This document shows positions 26,801-36,673 of a stretch of 64,000 nucleotides of DNA, one piece after another. Position numbers and translations under genes: made by a program. Origin of the DNA: Octopus sinensis (taxonomy: Eukaryota); the NCBI RefSeq assembly GCF_006345805.1, contig NC_043013.1, positions 16,244,001 through 16,308,000 on the forward strand, written 5' to 3'. The notes under the pieces are model-generated. The model saw only the letters and a list, made by a program, of their open reading frames with translations. It searched no databases and was not told where the DNA came from. Position 1 is the first letter of the stretch. Each line of letters starts with the position of its first letter.

Positions 26801-29353
26801 GAAATGAAACCAAACTAACAATAAGCTAGAAAATGTATATTTTAATATACTTCCACTTTATATACATTTGAACAATATTTTCTTTTTTTTTTTTATTGTA
26901 AAATCTTTGATCAGATCCTCAAAATTAATCTTACGTAATGCATCTGCCTCTCTACTTAATAGAAGGGGTTAATGCAGATTCGCACCTCACCTTGAAAAAT
27001 GCACTTTTCTGCAAAAGTTTATTCGGGTTTTACACGTCGGAGATTACGAATATGCAAAAGAAAATTTTCCAAAATTTTAACCACCACCACCACCCCGACC
27101 TACCTCACCCCATTTTAAATGTATTGTCGTATACTGAAGTGTGGAAATTTCATTAAAGTATGTATGTAAAATGCACATTCCATGTTCATTTGGCTAAACT
27201 GTAGAAATTGTTGTTTTGATATTGTTAAAATCCCCGTATTTTACCATGTTACATACCTGGCTCAATGAAATTTCTACACTTTTTTTTATCCAACAATACA
27301 TTTAAAATTGGGGATGTGGGGGGGGGGTAGATTGATGGAGGGGTGTTAAAATATTGAAAAAAATTTATTTTTGCATATTCGTAATCTCCGACATGTAAAA
27401 CTAAGGAATCCGAATAAACTTTTTCAGAAAAATGCATTTTTGAAGATGAGATGAGAATCTGCATAAGTCATCCCGAATACTATTTAGGCATATTTAAAGT
27501 GATTTTCTTTGTGCCGTAAACAATTTACCATTCCTGTGGTGACCCACACACACACTTTACGTGATACCCAAAACACGTGCTTATTTCGCTAAATGGCTAA
27601 TCCAGCGCTGAGTACAACACAAGGCCTGGAATTTTATGGGACGGGGGTTAGTCAATTATATCGATCTCGAAAGGAAAGGCAAAGCAGACAGCGACGGGAA
27701 CGTAAAGACGGACGAAATGCCCAAAGCATTTTCTCCGATCTGCTCCGGCTTCTACGAGTTCGCCATCTCACGCGGGAATAAGAAATAAAGGGCTTTCTAT
27801 GTGGCAGCATGACTGATTGGCTAGAAATAACAGTTAAGTCTCGCTCGAATTACTTTCTACTGCCTAAACATACATACCATGGGCACTGCCATGGCTGGAC
27901 CGGCGGAGGTAAAGAATACGTACATCACTAGTTTTCGGCGTAACAAAAACCCCAACCCTAAACACTAAGTGTATGTATTCTTTACCTTCGTCAACTGGAC
28001 CACTTCTCATTTATGTTCTACGACTAAACAACAACTTGTACATGGTCAGACAAGCTGTGAGAAATAGCAGCTAAATCTGGGTTTGAAATGGGGCAAAACA
28101 AAGACGATTCGAATTTATTCTTTAAAAATTTTTATAAAATCAAAAAATATATAAAAAAACATACAACAAGCGAATTATCAAAATAATTTTTGCTTACGAA
28201 GGTATTCTGAAAATGTTTATCGTGCATAACAAAACAGCCTTGAAAAACACGCAAATATTACAAGGACGCACAGTTTATTTACCAGGAAGAAAAACACACA
28301 AAAATGCACCAAAAGAAAGATAAAAACAAGATTGTATTTTGTATTAAGGAATTATTGAAAACAAAAATTGTTTTTTTTTTTAACAATTAAAAGGAAAATA
28401 AGAAAAGCGGCGAAATTTGAAATTAAAGTAATGGGTAATGTAAAAACTTGTCTTGGCTCTCCTGTATCATCAAAACGAATAAAAACAGTGTTCCAAAATA
28501 AAAATTTATGTAGCAACCACTTTTAACTTTTTGAAATTTAATTTATTAATAGTAATTAATTATAATCTGCGAATCTCCGTTTTGAACATGGAAGATTTCG
28601 AAGGTACAGAAAAAGAACATTTTTTCGCCCTTCTCGGATTCATGACATTTTATATAACGTTTCATTTCAATAAATCGCAGTTTCTTACAAATTACAATGT
28701 TAAGTTCTATACAGGATCGACAGGACTTTGTCACATATACATTCATAAATAAATAAATATACTAACATACGAATTATGTAAAATTATCGAAAATAAAAGA
28801 AAAAAGAAAAAGTTAAGGGGTGGTACTACGATTTACATACTTTGAAGCATAAACTTATGTTTCGATAATTCAGAAAGCCAAACTAGATCCCTACAACCCT
28901 CCACATTCCAACACCGCTAATCTCATCTTCTTTAATATTCCCCTTTTCTTCACATGTTGCCGAATAAATTATTTATAAATATTCGTATGTATTGATAACA
29001 ATCGACAAGGTCGCCTTAAATAGTCGTTACTCTGATGCTAAAATTTCTTTGTCATAACAAAAGGAAGGACTTGCTTGAAGCACAAACACACACACACACA
29101 CACAAAAGGACAGGGTGGTCTGGGCAGGACGCCTTCGATTGTGGTCTACTCATGAAATGCGGGGAGAGATCTAAATAAAAACAACAAAGCTAAATAGTTC
29201 AGTGCGAACTGGCCCACATGGAAAAGAGTTTAGTAGCCGACAGTTATGCACCACCAGTAAACTTCGTGGCCTAAAATCAACAAAGAATATTTTTAAAATG
29301 CTTACTTTGAAGACATTGTGGACGAGTCTGAAGTGGGTTAATTTCAGCAGCAT
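1575..29353 (-). CDS. SHMT2: Serine hydroxymethyltransferase, mitochondrial type; spliced gene, coding exons 1-10 in window, 3' exons outside the window
   Basis: Manually joined exons 29353-29306, 16510-16331, 15019-14940, 11425-11225, 9710-9629, 8760-8638, 7652-7513, 4706-4541, 3359-3260, 1730-1575 give one open frame. Motifs: [61 protein letters not shown] (PLP lysine), [20 protein letters not shown]. All introns GT-AG. Confidence 0.97.
1857..2378. mobile_element. Tc1/pogo-type non-autonomous element (MITE)
   Basis: TA|ctgtaaatccttgagta ... tactcgaggatttacgg|TA: TIRs with TA duplication. Confidence 0.85.
2712..3061 (+). mobile_element. RTE 3'-UTR repeat copy. Further copies at ~4108-4464+, 4830-5117+, 12453-12630-, 13030-13370+, 13830-13950-, 14220-14450-, 15600-15790-, 23100-23300-, 23330-23764+, 51075-51327+, 55935-56050+, 59710-59885+, 61000-61135+
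   Basis: Shared core gttaggaagggcatccagctgtagaaactctgccagatc...ccatgctagcatgg...aaacgatgatgat. Confidence 0.85.
3260..3359 (-). CDS. SHMT2: SHMT exon 9 ([33 protein letters not shown])
   Basis: ttctgtttcag| acceptor, G|GTTTGT donor, 100 nt. Confidence 0.95.
4541..4706 (-). CDS. SHMT2: SHMT exon 8 ([19 protein letters not shown]...[22 protein letters not shown])
   Basis: tgcag| acceptor, CAG|GTGATG donor, 166 nt; matches ORF 4523..4726. Confidence 0.97.
7190..7460. repeat. (GAT)n-derived 15-18-bp repeat (gatgatgatgttaat)
   Basis: Directly visible; source of spurious poly-D/M/I/S ORFs. Confidence 0.95.
7513..7652 (-). CDS. SHMT2: SHMT exon 7 with PLP-binding lysine ([47 protein letters not shown])
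   Basis: tcttgcag| acceptor, AG|GTAAGC donor, 140 nt; Lys codon AAA at 7532-7530. Confidence 0.97.
7780..8460. repeat. Polypurine minisatellite, ~25-bp units (aggaaggaaaggggacaggaaggtag variants)
   Basis: Directly visible; fills most of SHMT intron 6. Confidence 0.95.
8638..8760 (-). CDS. SHMT2: SHMT exon 6 ([41 protein letters not shown])
   Basis: tatctttcag| acceptor, GAG|GTCAGA donor, 123 nt; not in the ORF track. Confidence 0.96.
9629..9710 (-). CDS. SHMT2: SHMT exon 5 ([28 protein letters not shown])
   Basis: tttctttcag| acceptor, AAT|GTGAGT donor, 82 nt. Confidence 0.97.
10840..11090. repeat. CA-derived repeat with 18-bp unit cacatgtacacatgcaaa
   Basis: Directly visible. Confidence 0.85.
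11225..11425 (-). CDS. SHMT2: SHMT exon 4 ([12 protein letters not shown]...QPYSGSPAN...MGQDLPDGG)
   Basis: tgcag| acceptor, CA|GTATGT donor, 201 nt; matches ORF 11164..11445. Confidence 0.97.
11792..12189 (+). mobile_element. tRNA-derived SINE family A. Other copies at ~17085-17484-, 18775-19143-, 21165-21505-, 53426-53830+, 58560-58895+, 61208-61592+; partials 12700-12860-, 14004-14195+, 20050-20465-, 24760-25090-, 63610-64000-
   Basis: A-box-like tggctgtgtgg, B-box-like gttcagtccc, internal (TA)n/(TG)n, tail gtaaaagag; many near-identical copies. Confidence 0.9.
14940..15019 (-). CDS. SHMT2: SHMT exon 3 ([27 protein letters not shown])
   Basis: tttcttctgtag| acceptor, CG|GTGAGT donor, 80 nt; too short for the ORF track. 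Confidence 0.96.
16331..16510 (-). CDS. SHMT2: SHMT exon 2 (QLLPPS...[35 protein letters not shown])
   Basis: Acceptor ttctctcattgtag|, donor GAA|GTTTGT, 180 nt. WTGQE...GLELIASE resembles SHMT2. Confidence 0.93.
21640..21815 (+). mobile_element. RTE RT-domain fragment
   Basis: [21 protein letters not shown]...[16 protein letters not shown]. Confidence 0.8.
26691..27610. mobile_element. Second copy of the same hAT-type element, carrying a nested foldback element (~26970-27467)
   Basis: Same ends (cagagccgggttaa / ctaatccagcgctg) and internal blocks as 47170-47571 plus a ~500-bp insert. Confidence 0.8.
29306..29353 (-). CDS. SHMT2: SHMT exon 1, mitochondrial presequence-like ([16 protein letters not shown])
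   Basis: aaaATG context, 16 codons rich in L/K/R/F with no acidic residue, near-consensus donor AAA|GTAAGC in phase 0, matching the phase-0 acceptor of exon 2. Not supported by sequence homology. Confidence 0.75.
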
Positions 29354-29399
29354 TTTGCAGACTACACAGAGGGAAACTAAGGTAATGTTGACCTCTTAA

Positions 29400-29515
29400 G
29401 TTAGCCACGTGATAAGTTCAAACCCAGCCGTCAGGCAAACTGTGCTGCTAGCAAAACTCTTTGGCTCCCACCCACAAGCCTTCTCCTCCTCCTCCTCCTC
29501 TTGTTATATATTTGT
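29400..29515 (-). promoter_or_regulatory. Putative SHMT proximal promoter: E-box CACGTG (29406-29411) and TATA-like TATATAA (29510-29504, minus)
   Basis: Motifs read directly; position 53-157 nt upstream of the ATG; function untested. Confidence 0.4.
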
Positions 29516-29743
29516 GTTACTTCGTGTTGTTTGTTGTTGTTATGCTAATTCTATAAGGGGAAACAACTCTCATTATTGATTGTCTCTTCTCACTTATCCG
29601 TTCTTATCGTTTTTCTCTATTAATCTATTGATATTTCTCCCCCCCTCTCCGTCCCACCTCTCTCTCTCTTCCCCTCAAAAATGCTTTATTTACTGTTTGT
29701 TCACCGATTTCAGTCAGCGGATTACGATCATTTTAGGTTACCA

Positions 29744-29977
29744 CAAGGCGGCGAGCTGGCAGAAACGTAAGCATGCCGGACGAAATACGTAGCTGTATTT
29801 CGTCTGCCGTTACGTTCTGAGTTCAAATTCCGCCGAGGTCGACTTTGCCTTTTATCCTTTCGGGGTCGATAAATTAAGTACCAGTTACGCACTGGGGTAG
29901 ATGTAATCGACTTAATCCGTTTGTCTGTCCTTGTTTGTCCCCTTTGTGTTCAGCCCCTTGTGGGCAGTAAAGAAATA
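29744..29977 (+). mobile_element. SINE family B with 18-bp TSD. Other copies at 21913-22145+ (12-bp TSD), 5798-6190+, 9845-10005-, 16871-17080+, 17515-17730-, 30650-30898-, 35105-35300+, 59297-59694+
   Basis: aaggcggcgagctggcag...gttctgagttcaaattcc...gtaaagaaata; TSD gatcattttaggttacca at 29726-29743 and 29978-29995. Confidence 0.9.
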
Positions 29978-30163
29978 GATCATTTTAGGTTACCATCTTC
30001 AAAGTGTTTTTAGTCCATCAAATCGACCCCAGTACAAATTTTAAAAGACTTTTGAAACAGCTCTCCTTCAGTTTTCCATATTCATGAGAAAAGAAAAGAA
30101 AAGAAAACAGTAAAATTTTCCTTCATTTTTTAGTATTCTGAAAAAAAAATTAATTTCCAAGAG

Positions 30164-30194
<31 letters not shown>

Positions 30195-31524
30195 TACTCA
30201 ACACCACTACCACTTCTGTTCGTTTCCCCTTCCCATTATTTAGGACTTTGAAGGGCCAGTATTCTACTTCAGCCCTCTACTTATTTTATTGTTATTTTGA
30301 TATTTAATTATCGAAATTTTGACATTGCAAACCAAAAACTTCAGATTTAATCGAGGCCTGATTAAGTGGTAACATTCTACAGGTGGTTGTGAAGGGTCAT
30401 AAATCAACACTTAGCCCTTTAAGCATCGAGAGTACAACAAGATTCTCGACAAAGCTCTTTTGTAATACAAATATATCCAGGCCCCTGTTTGCTTTATGAT
30501 ACTGTGGATCTGCACCTCGGACAGTCTCTTTCCAAGGTGCAGCCGTAGCAAGGTTCGTTTTGTGGTAGACCAACAGTTTACATATGTAAGAGTTAGCACT
30601 TCCTTCTCTAAGCCTAGATTCGAAATCGAATCCAAGAATCATCGGTCGTCAAAAACCAATGCATGTATATATTTCTTTACTACCCACAGGGGGCTAAACA
30701 CAGAGGGGACAAACAAGGACAGACAAACGGATTAAGTCGATTATATCGACCCCAATGCGCAACTGGTACTTAATTTATCGACCCCGAGAGGATGAAAGGC
30801 TAAGTCGACCTCGGCGGAATTTGAACCCAGGACGTAGCGGCAGACGAAATACGGCTACGCATTTCGCCCGGCGTGCTAACGATTCTACCAGCTCGCCATA
30901 GGCGCGAAATTTAAGGATCTCTTTGTTCTGTCAAAAAGTGATTGATCATCTCCCTTTGACCTGCGACCTCAGCCATGTCAGGCGAAGTTCAACTGGACAA
31001 GCGCTGACCTACTCAGGTACTAACTCTGCTGCAGTATATCTATCTTTCTAGCTGTCTCAAATATTATAAATACAACGGGGAAAACAGAAAACACAATCGC
31101 AGCTGACACACCAGCAGACAGATTTATCTCGCCCCGCGTTTTGGAGACGACAGAGAAATGCCTACAGTATCTATCGGCTACTGTTTCGAATGATTCACGC
31201 ACACACCCACACACACAAACATATTCATCTTTAATATGTGTTCTATACAAGCAATTCGTAGCATTTGCTTACATTTGTATGTAGTGTACTTATAACCCAT
31301 GTAAATAAATCCCTTTTTAATCATGAAACAGTTTATATATTTATTTACGTACACACACATCCACTACACATACATACATACATACATACATACATACATA
31401 CATACATACATACATACACACACACATACACATACACAGGTGGTGCTGTTAAGTTAGACATGGCCTGGGCCAATAATGGCCGAAACCTATCAAAGTATCA
31501 AAGTATATATATATAGAGAGAGAG

Positions 31525-31594
<70 letters not shown>

Positions 31595-31769
31595 TCGTAT
31601 ATAATAGTATACAGTGGTTTGTGTTTCCTTTTGTGTGATTTTTTTCATTGTTAACATGGAAATATGCATATGAATATTTGAATAATAACAATCACTCAAC
31701 CATGAAGCGAGAGTACGTTGATTCTTTTCATGCACCGACAAAGTATTGAAATAAATATAGCCTCATGTT

Positions 31770-32340
31770 AATTCCTTTAACACCATGTGGAACATAAGGC
31801 GCCAACAAGAGATTTCTACCTGCCTCGATCTTTGACAAAGGATTACAGCTGTCCTCAGGCGTCGCCACCCGTCAGTGCTTCAGTTTCTATGATCTTTACT
31901 CTGTTGCTTTTAGTCTTCACTCTTCTGTCTGAGTATGTCCATCGGAGGGAGTTGCCTTGTAATGTTGGAAACTGGTTTCCGTGGGGAGTGCCCCAACCAA
32001 CCCCATTTTCTCCTCTTGGTCTGAGTTTCGATAGGTTGCCGATTCGCCTGTTTCCACAAGGTTTTGTTTGTGAGCCTGTCTTGCCATCTCACCGGGAGAA
32101 TGTTCTGGAGACATCTACTCAAACGTTTGGAGCTTGGCAATGAAGAACTTTGTGACTTGCTATGTTTCACATGCGTACAGCAGAACCGTCTTCGCGTTTG
32201 AGTTAAAGGGTCTTAGTTTTGTGTTTGTTGATAAGGTCTGTGCGTTCCCAACGGGTCTGAGCATTCTGAAAACGAGTTCAGTCACATTGTGACGACTCAA
32301 TTAGTTAGGGAATAGACTGCTAGAATCATGATCCCAAGGA
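31770..32340 (-). mobile_element. 5'-truncated RTE-like LINE 3' fragment
   Basis: RCLQNILPVRWQDRLTNKTLW...RRKWGWLGH in ORF 31910..32170. Confidence 0.8.
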
Positions 32341-32834
32341 ATGCAGCTACTAAAGATAATGGTCAGCGAGAGAAATGAAGTTTACTGTCAGACAACACCC
32401 TACAATTCTCTCTAGCTCTAATTCTGTTCTCTTACAACATCATTCTATCTCTCTCTGTAATTACTACTACTAAACAATGAAGAGGACACAAACACAAACT
32501 TTACTTCGCATGCTTTTGGATTTATCATAACCTGCCCGTCGAGGCAAGGTATTTGTAACGTAACGGTAAATAAATATTTCCTTAAAACTTCATGAATTGT
32601 CCATCTTTCACATCCTACAGTATGCAATTATAACAACATTATTTTATCTTTACAATTGCTGACTCCAGCATCATTATAACATGGTTTACCAATCAATTTC
32701 TCCCGTTACAATAGTAACTGATACCGTTACATATACATATAGCGGCGTACGTACACTTTTGCTGACCTTACACACACACACACAGAGGCATACCTCAACT
32801 TACGTCGGTAATTGGTTCCATGATATGCAACTTA

Positions 32835-33989
32835 CTAGGTTGAATCAAAAGCTTTTGATTTTCACTTATGACTTTTGGCAGCTTGTAACTTCATGTTATG
32901 TCATTAATCTGATAAAACTTGTCCAATCGTTGCTGAATTGCTTATTCTTTAATTTCAGTTATGACATATAAATATTAATTGTTTGTTCTTTATTTTGATG
33001 TTTTGACAATGAGTAGTGCAAAACTTTTCCGCTGCCAGTAGAAAAAGAAAAAGAGAGAGTGCAAGGGCAGCGGCAAAAGAATGTGTGACGCAAAACCTTT
33101 CAGACGTTTCAAGCAAGATGACACTAACATCGAGGACAAACCAAGGTCAGGAAGACCTTCTATTGTGGAAGATGTGGCCTTGCTTGAAATAACTGAACAA
33201 CAGCCAAGCACAAACACTCGTCGCAGAATTTGGGCCTTCTCAAAGCAACCTCATTCGGCATCCCCATAAGCTCGCCATTGTGAACAGACGCTCAATGATC
33301 AGGTTCAACGGCGCGTGAACATTTGTAAGCAACTGCTGACAAGCCCTAGAGATGCCCCTTTTGGGCGTCGAACTGGAAATGAAAACTGGATCTATTTTCG
33401 TAATCCTAATAAGAGGAATCAATGGTTTCGTTCCGAGCAGGCTCCAGAACAAGGGTGGTGTGAATTGAAGGTCTTGTGTGTTTAGTGAAATTTCGAAGTG
33501 GTGTTGCACTTTGGGCTCGTCCTAAACGATCATGCTATAAACGCTAACCTTTATACTCAACAACTGCGGTGAGTATTTTATGTTTTGAAAGCCCGCTACC
33601 CGGCATTGATCAATCGAAGACGCATACCCCTACAACATGAAAATATCCCAGCAAATATTGCCATCGTAACCAGCTGCAAAGTTGAGGAACTTGAGGGCTG
33701 GAAGTGCTGCCTCACAGTTCGGAACCTTCCTCCCACCAAATTGCCATATTTTCTGAGCCATAGCTGAGCCAATTTGGATGACGTTGAAAACGGGTGTAAG
33801 GATTTTTTTGCCTCTAAACTAGCCAAATAGGGAAAAACATAAAACTGAGCTTCTGGCACAAAGATGGCAATAGATATTAAAATATGATGTGATATATTTT
33901 GCTGAATAAATGCTTTTTGTATGTAATTTGCTAGAATTATTACTTAAAGCTTGAAATACAAAAAAAAAAACAAATTTCACTCAGCCTAG
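32835..33989 (+). mobile_element. Decayed full-length mariner transposon
   Basis: TA|ctaggttgaatc ... ctcagcctag|TA imperfect TIRs; remnants IEDKPRSGRP, TGNENWIYFRNP, LQHEN. Confidence 0.85.
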
Positions 33990-34128
33990 TAACTCGAATA
34001 ACGACGTAACACACAGACATGCGCAAGTCATTAAAAAGTATTTATTAGCTTATATCTGTTTTAATAAATGGTTTATACATATTTTCACATATATTTTATT
34101 TTATTTCTACTTCAGTTTTGCTTTTTTA

Positions 34129-34570
34129 TTAGGTTGTCAAGAAAGTTCTTGCAGTTTTTAACCTTTAAATTCAGATGCACATATCTCGGCTCAAACAAAT
34201 CTTTATTAATAGAAATAAACACCATCAGAATCAACACACTTTTGCCAACGCGAAACAAGTTTATTTATGCCAGTAGCATAAAAATCCTGCGTTCTGGAGG
34301 CGATGATGTCGTTGAAGGCGTGTTTGTCATCGTTTTGGTTTTTGAAGCATTTCTCACGCAGGAAGCTGTCGAGGTGCTTGAAAAAGTGGTAGTCTGTAGG
34401 CGAGAGGTCTGGTGAGTATGGTGGATGAGGCAGAGTTTCGTAGCCCAATTCGTTCAACTTCTGCAGGGTCAGTTGTGCGATGTCGTGGAGAAGAATTGGT
34501 CCTTTTCTATTGACCAATGCTGGCTGTTGTCGGAGTTTCTTATGCATTTCAACTATTCGCTGACAGCACT
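34129..34570 (-). mobile_element. Mariner 3' half (catalytic C-terminus) with terminal TIR
   Basis: TA|ttaggttgtcaagaaagttcttgcagtttt TIR; PILLHD...HPPYSPDLSPTDYHFFKHL...RWQKCVDSDGVYF in ORF 34206..34706. Confidence 0.92.
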
Positions 34571-34680
34571 CGGGCCGAAGTCCTGTTTGAGCCGAAAGTT
34601 CGATTTGGGCCGAAAATCTGATTTGGGCCGAAAGTCTGATTTGGGCCGAAAGTTCGATTTGGGCCGAAAGTTCGAGTTCT
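34571..34680. repeat. 18-bp tandem repeat gccgaaagttcgatttgg, about 5-6 units
   Basis: Directly visible; no unique spacers. Confidence 0.95.
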
Positions 34681-35331
34681 TCAGTACTTTCTTCCGAGCG
34701 CTTCAATTCACAAACCCCGCGTTACTTCAAAACCTCACGAAGACGAAACCTCTCATTCTAACTCGGATCTGATTTCAAATGAACTGAATTATAATTGTTT
34801 TTTTTTTAATTCACAAAATTTTGGTATTACTTTAAATTCAGTTTAAATGAAAAACTTTTAAGTTCACAAATTTTGGGAGTTCTTTTAAAATTTGAATTTT
34901 CAATTGTTAGCATATAAGAAATCTTCATCCAGACCCGATCCCAATGCTGGATGTTCAAGAACCAAATGAAGGGCAGATTTTCAATCTCAGGATCCTGATT
35001 CCGAAAAGGGTATAATATGTCTATGTAGAGCAAATAATGTAGGCTGGGATACAGGGGTCCCGGGCGGGAGGACAGAAAGAATATAAAGATATAAAAGATA
35101 GTTGAGCTGGCAGAATTGTTAGCGCATCGGACAAAATGCTAAGCGGCATTTCTTCCCATTCTTTGGGTCCTGAGTTCAAACTCTGCTGAGATAGACTTTA
35201 CCATTCCGGGTTCGATAAAATAAAGAGAGAAGAAATCGATGCGGTCAGCTTACCTTTCCCCTAAAATTGCTGGATTGTGTCAAAATTTTATATCAGCCGG
35301 AGTTAATTATATGTGTGTGTGTGCGTGTGTG

Positions 35332-35383
<52 letters not shown>

Positions 35384-35709
35384 CACACGCAACACTATAG
35401 TTATCCCGCTGCAAAATTATTTCCCTTCGATTGTATCGTCCACACACACATTCCATCCTTAAATTAAATATCCGTGAATTATCCCCCCTGCCTCGTTTAT
35501 TACCGCTAATCACGCACAACCCGGTCCTCTTAAAGATAGGGTGGTTGTGTCACTGCATGAACCTCAAATCCTATACAATATTGTGAATGGGGTTGACATA
35601 ATTTTTGCTATATGAAAAAACGTAGCAGCGTTAAAGGACATTACCAAAACAAGTATACCATTCACTTATGTTTTCTTTCACTCACACGCACCACTCTCTC
35701 TTTCTCATT

Positions 35710-35771
35710 CTTTCAGTCTGTTTATCTATCTATCTATCTATCTATCTATCCATCCATCCATCCATCCATCC

Positions 35772-35840
<69 letters not shown>

Positions 35841-36241
35841 ATAAATCTATGTACCTACCTATCTATCTATCTATCCATCCATCCATCCATCCATCCACCC
35901 ATCCACCCATCCACCCACCCACCCACCCACCCACCCACCCATCCATCCATCCACCCACCCACCCACCCACCCATCCATCCATCCATCCATCCATCCATCC
36001 ATCCACCCACCCACCTACCTACCTATCTATCTATCTATCTATCTACCTACCTATCTACCTATCTGTCTGTCTATCTATCTATCTACCTACCTATCTATCT
36101 ATCTATCCATCCATCCATCCATCCACCCATCCACCCACCCACCCATCCATCCATCCATCCATCCACCCATCCACCCACCCATCCATCCATCCATCCATCC
36201 ATCCATCCATCCATCCATCCACCCACCTATCTATCTATCTA

Positions 36242-36338
<97 letters not shown>
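35710..36338. repeat. Compound tetranucleotide microsatellite (ATCT/ATCC/ACCC/ACCT)
   Basis: Directly visible. Confidence 0.97.
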
Positions 36339-36339
<1 letters not shown>

Positions 36340-36673
36340 AAGTGAATACTTTAAAGTAGTACATATATAGTTGTTTTTATTTTATTTCATTTTTGCATGA
36401 ACTCCATGTGAAATTCTGTGCTTAAACAGATGCTACTCTATCTTGGATTGCCAACTAAAAACAAACTCACCGGTAACGTTTTAATTTTTACGTTAGCGCG
36501 TCTGACAAAATACTTTGTGCTATTTCTTCCGACTCGTTACATTTTGCGTTAAAATTCTGCCGAGGTCGACACTGCTTTCATTTTTTCGGGGTCAATAAAA
36601 TAAATATCAGTTGAGTACTGGAGTCAATGTAATTGATTAATCCCATCTCCTTAAATTTCAGGCTTTAAGCATA

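Noticed and set aside
29298-29381. Plus-strand MLTLKTLW...RETK|gtaatg, a possible first exon for GPT
   Set aside because: It is the antisense mirror of the SHMT presequence exon; GPT already has a full-length N-terminus with its own ATG.
34571-34680. CRISPR-like array
   Set aside because: Contiguous 18-mers without unique spacers, no cas genes, eukaryotic context.
35612-36340. 242-aa ORF, and similar [12 protein letters not shown] ORFs at 38173, 45487, 46722, 10711 and 12092
   Set aside because: Microsatellite translations.
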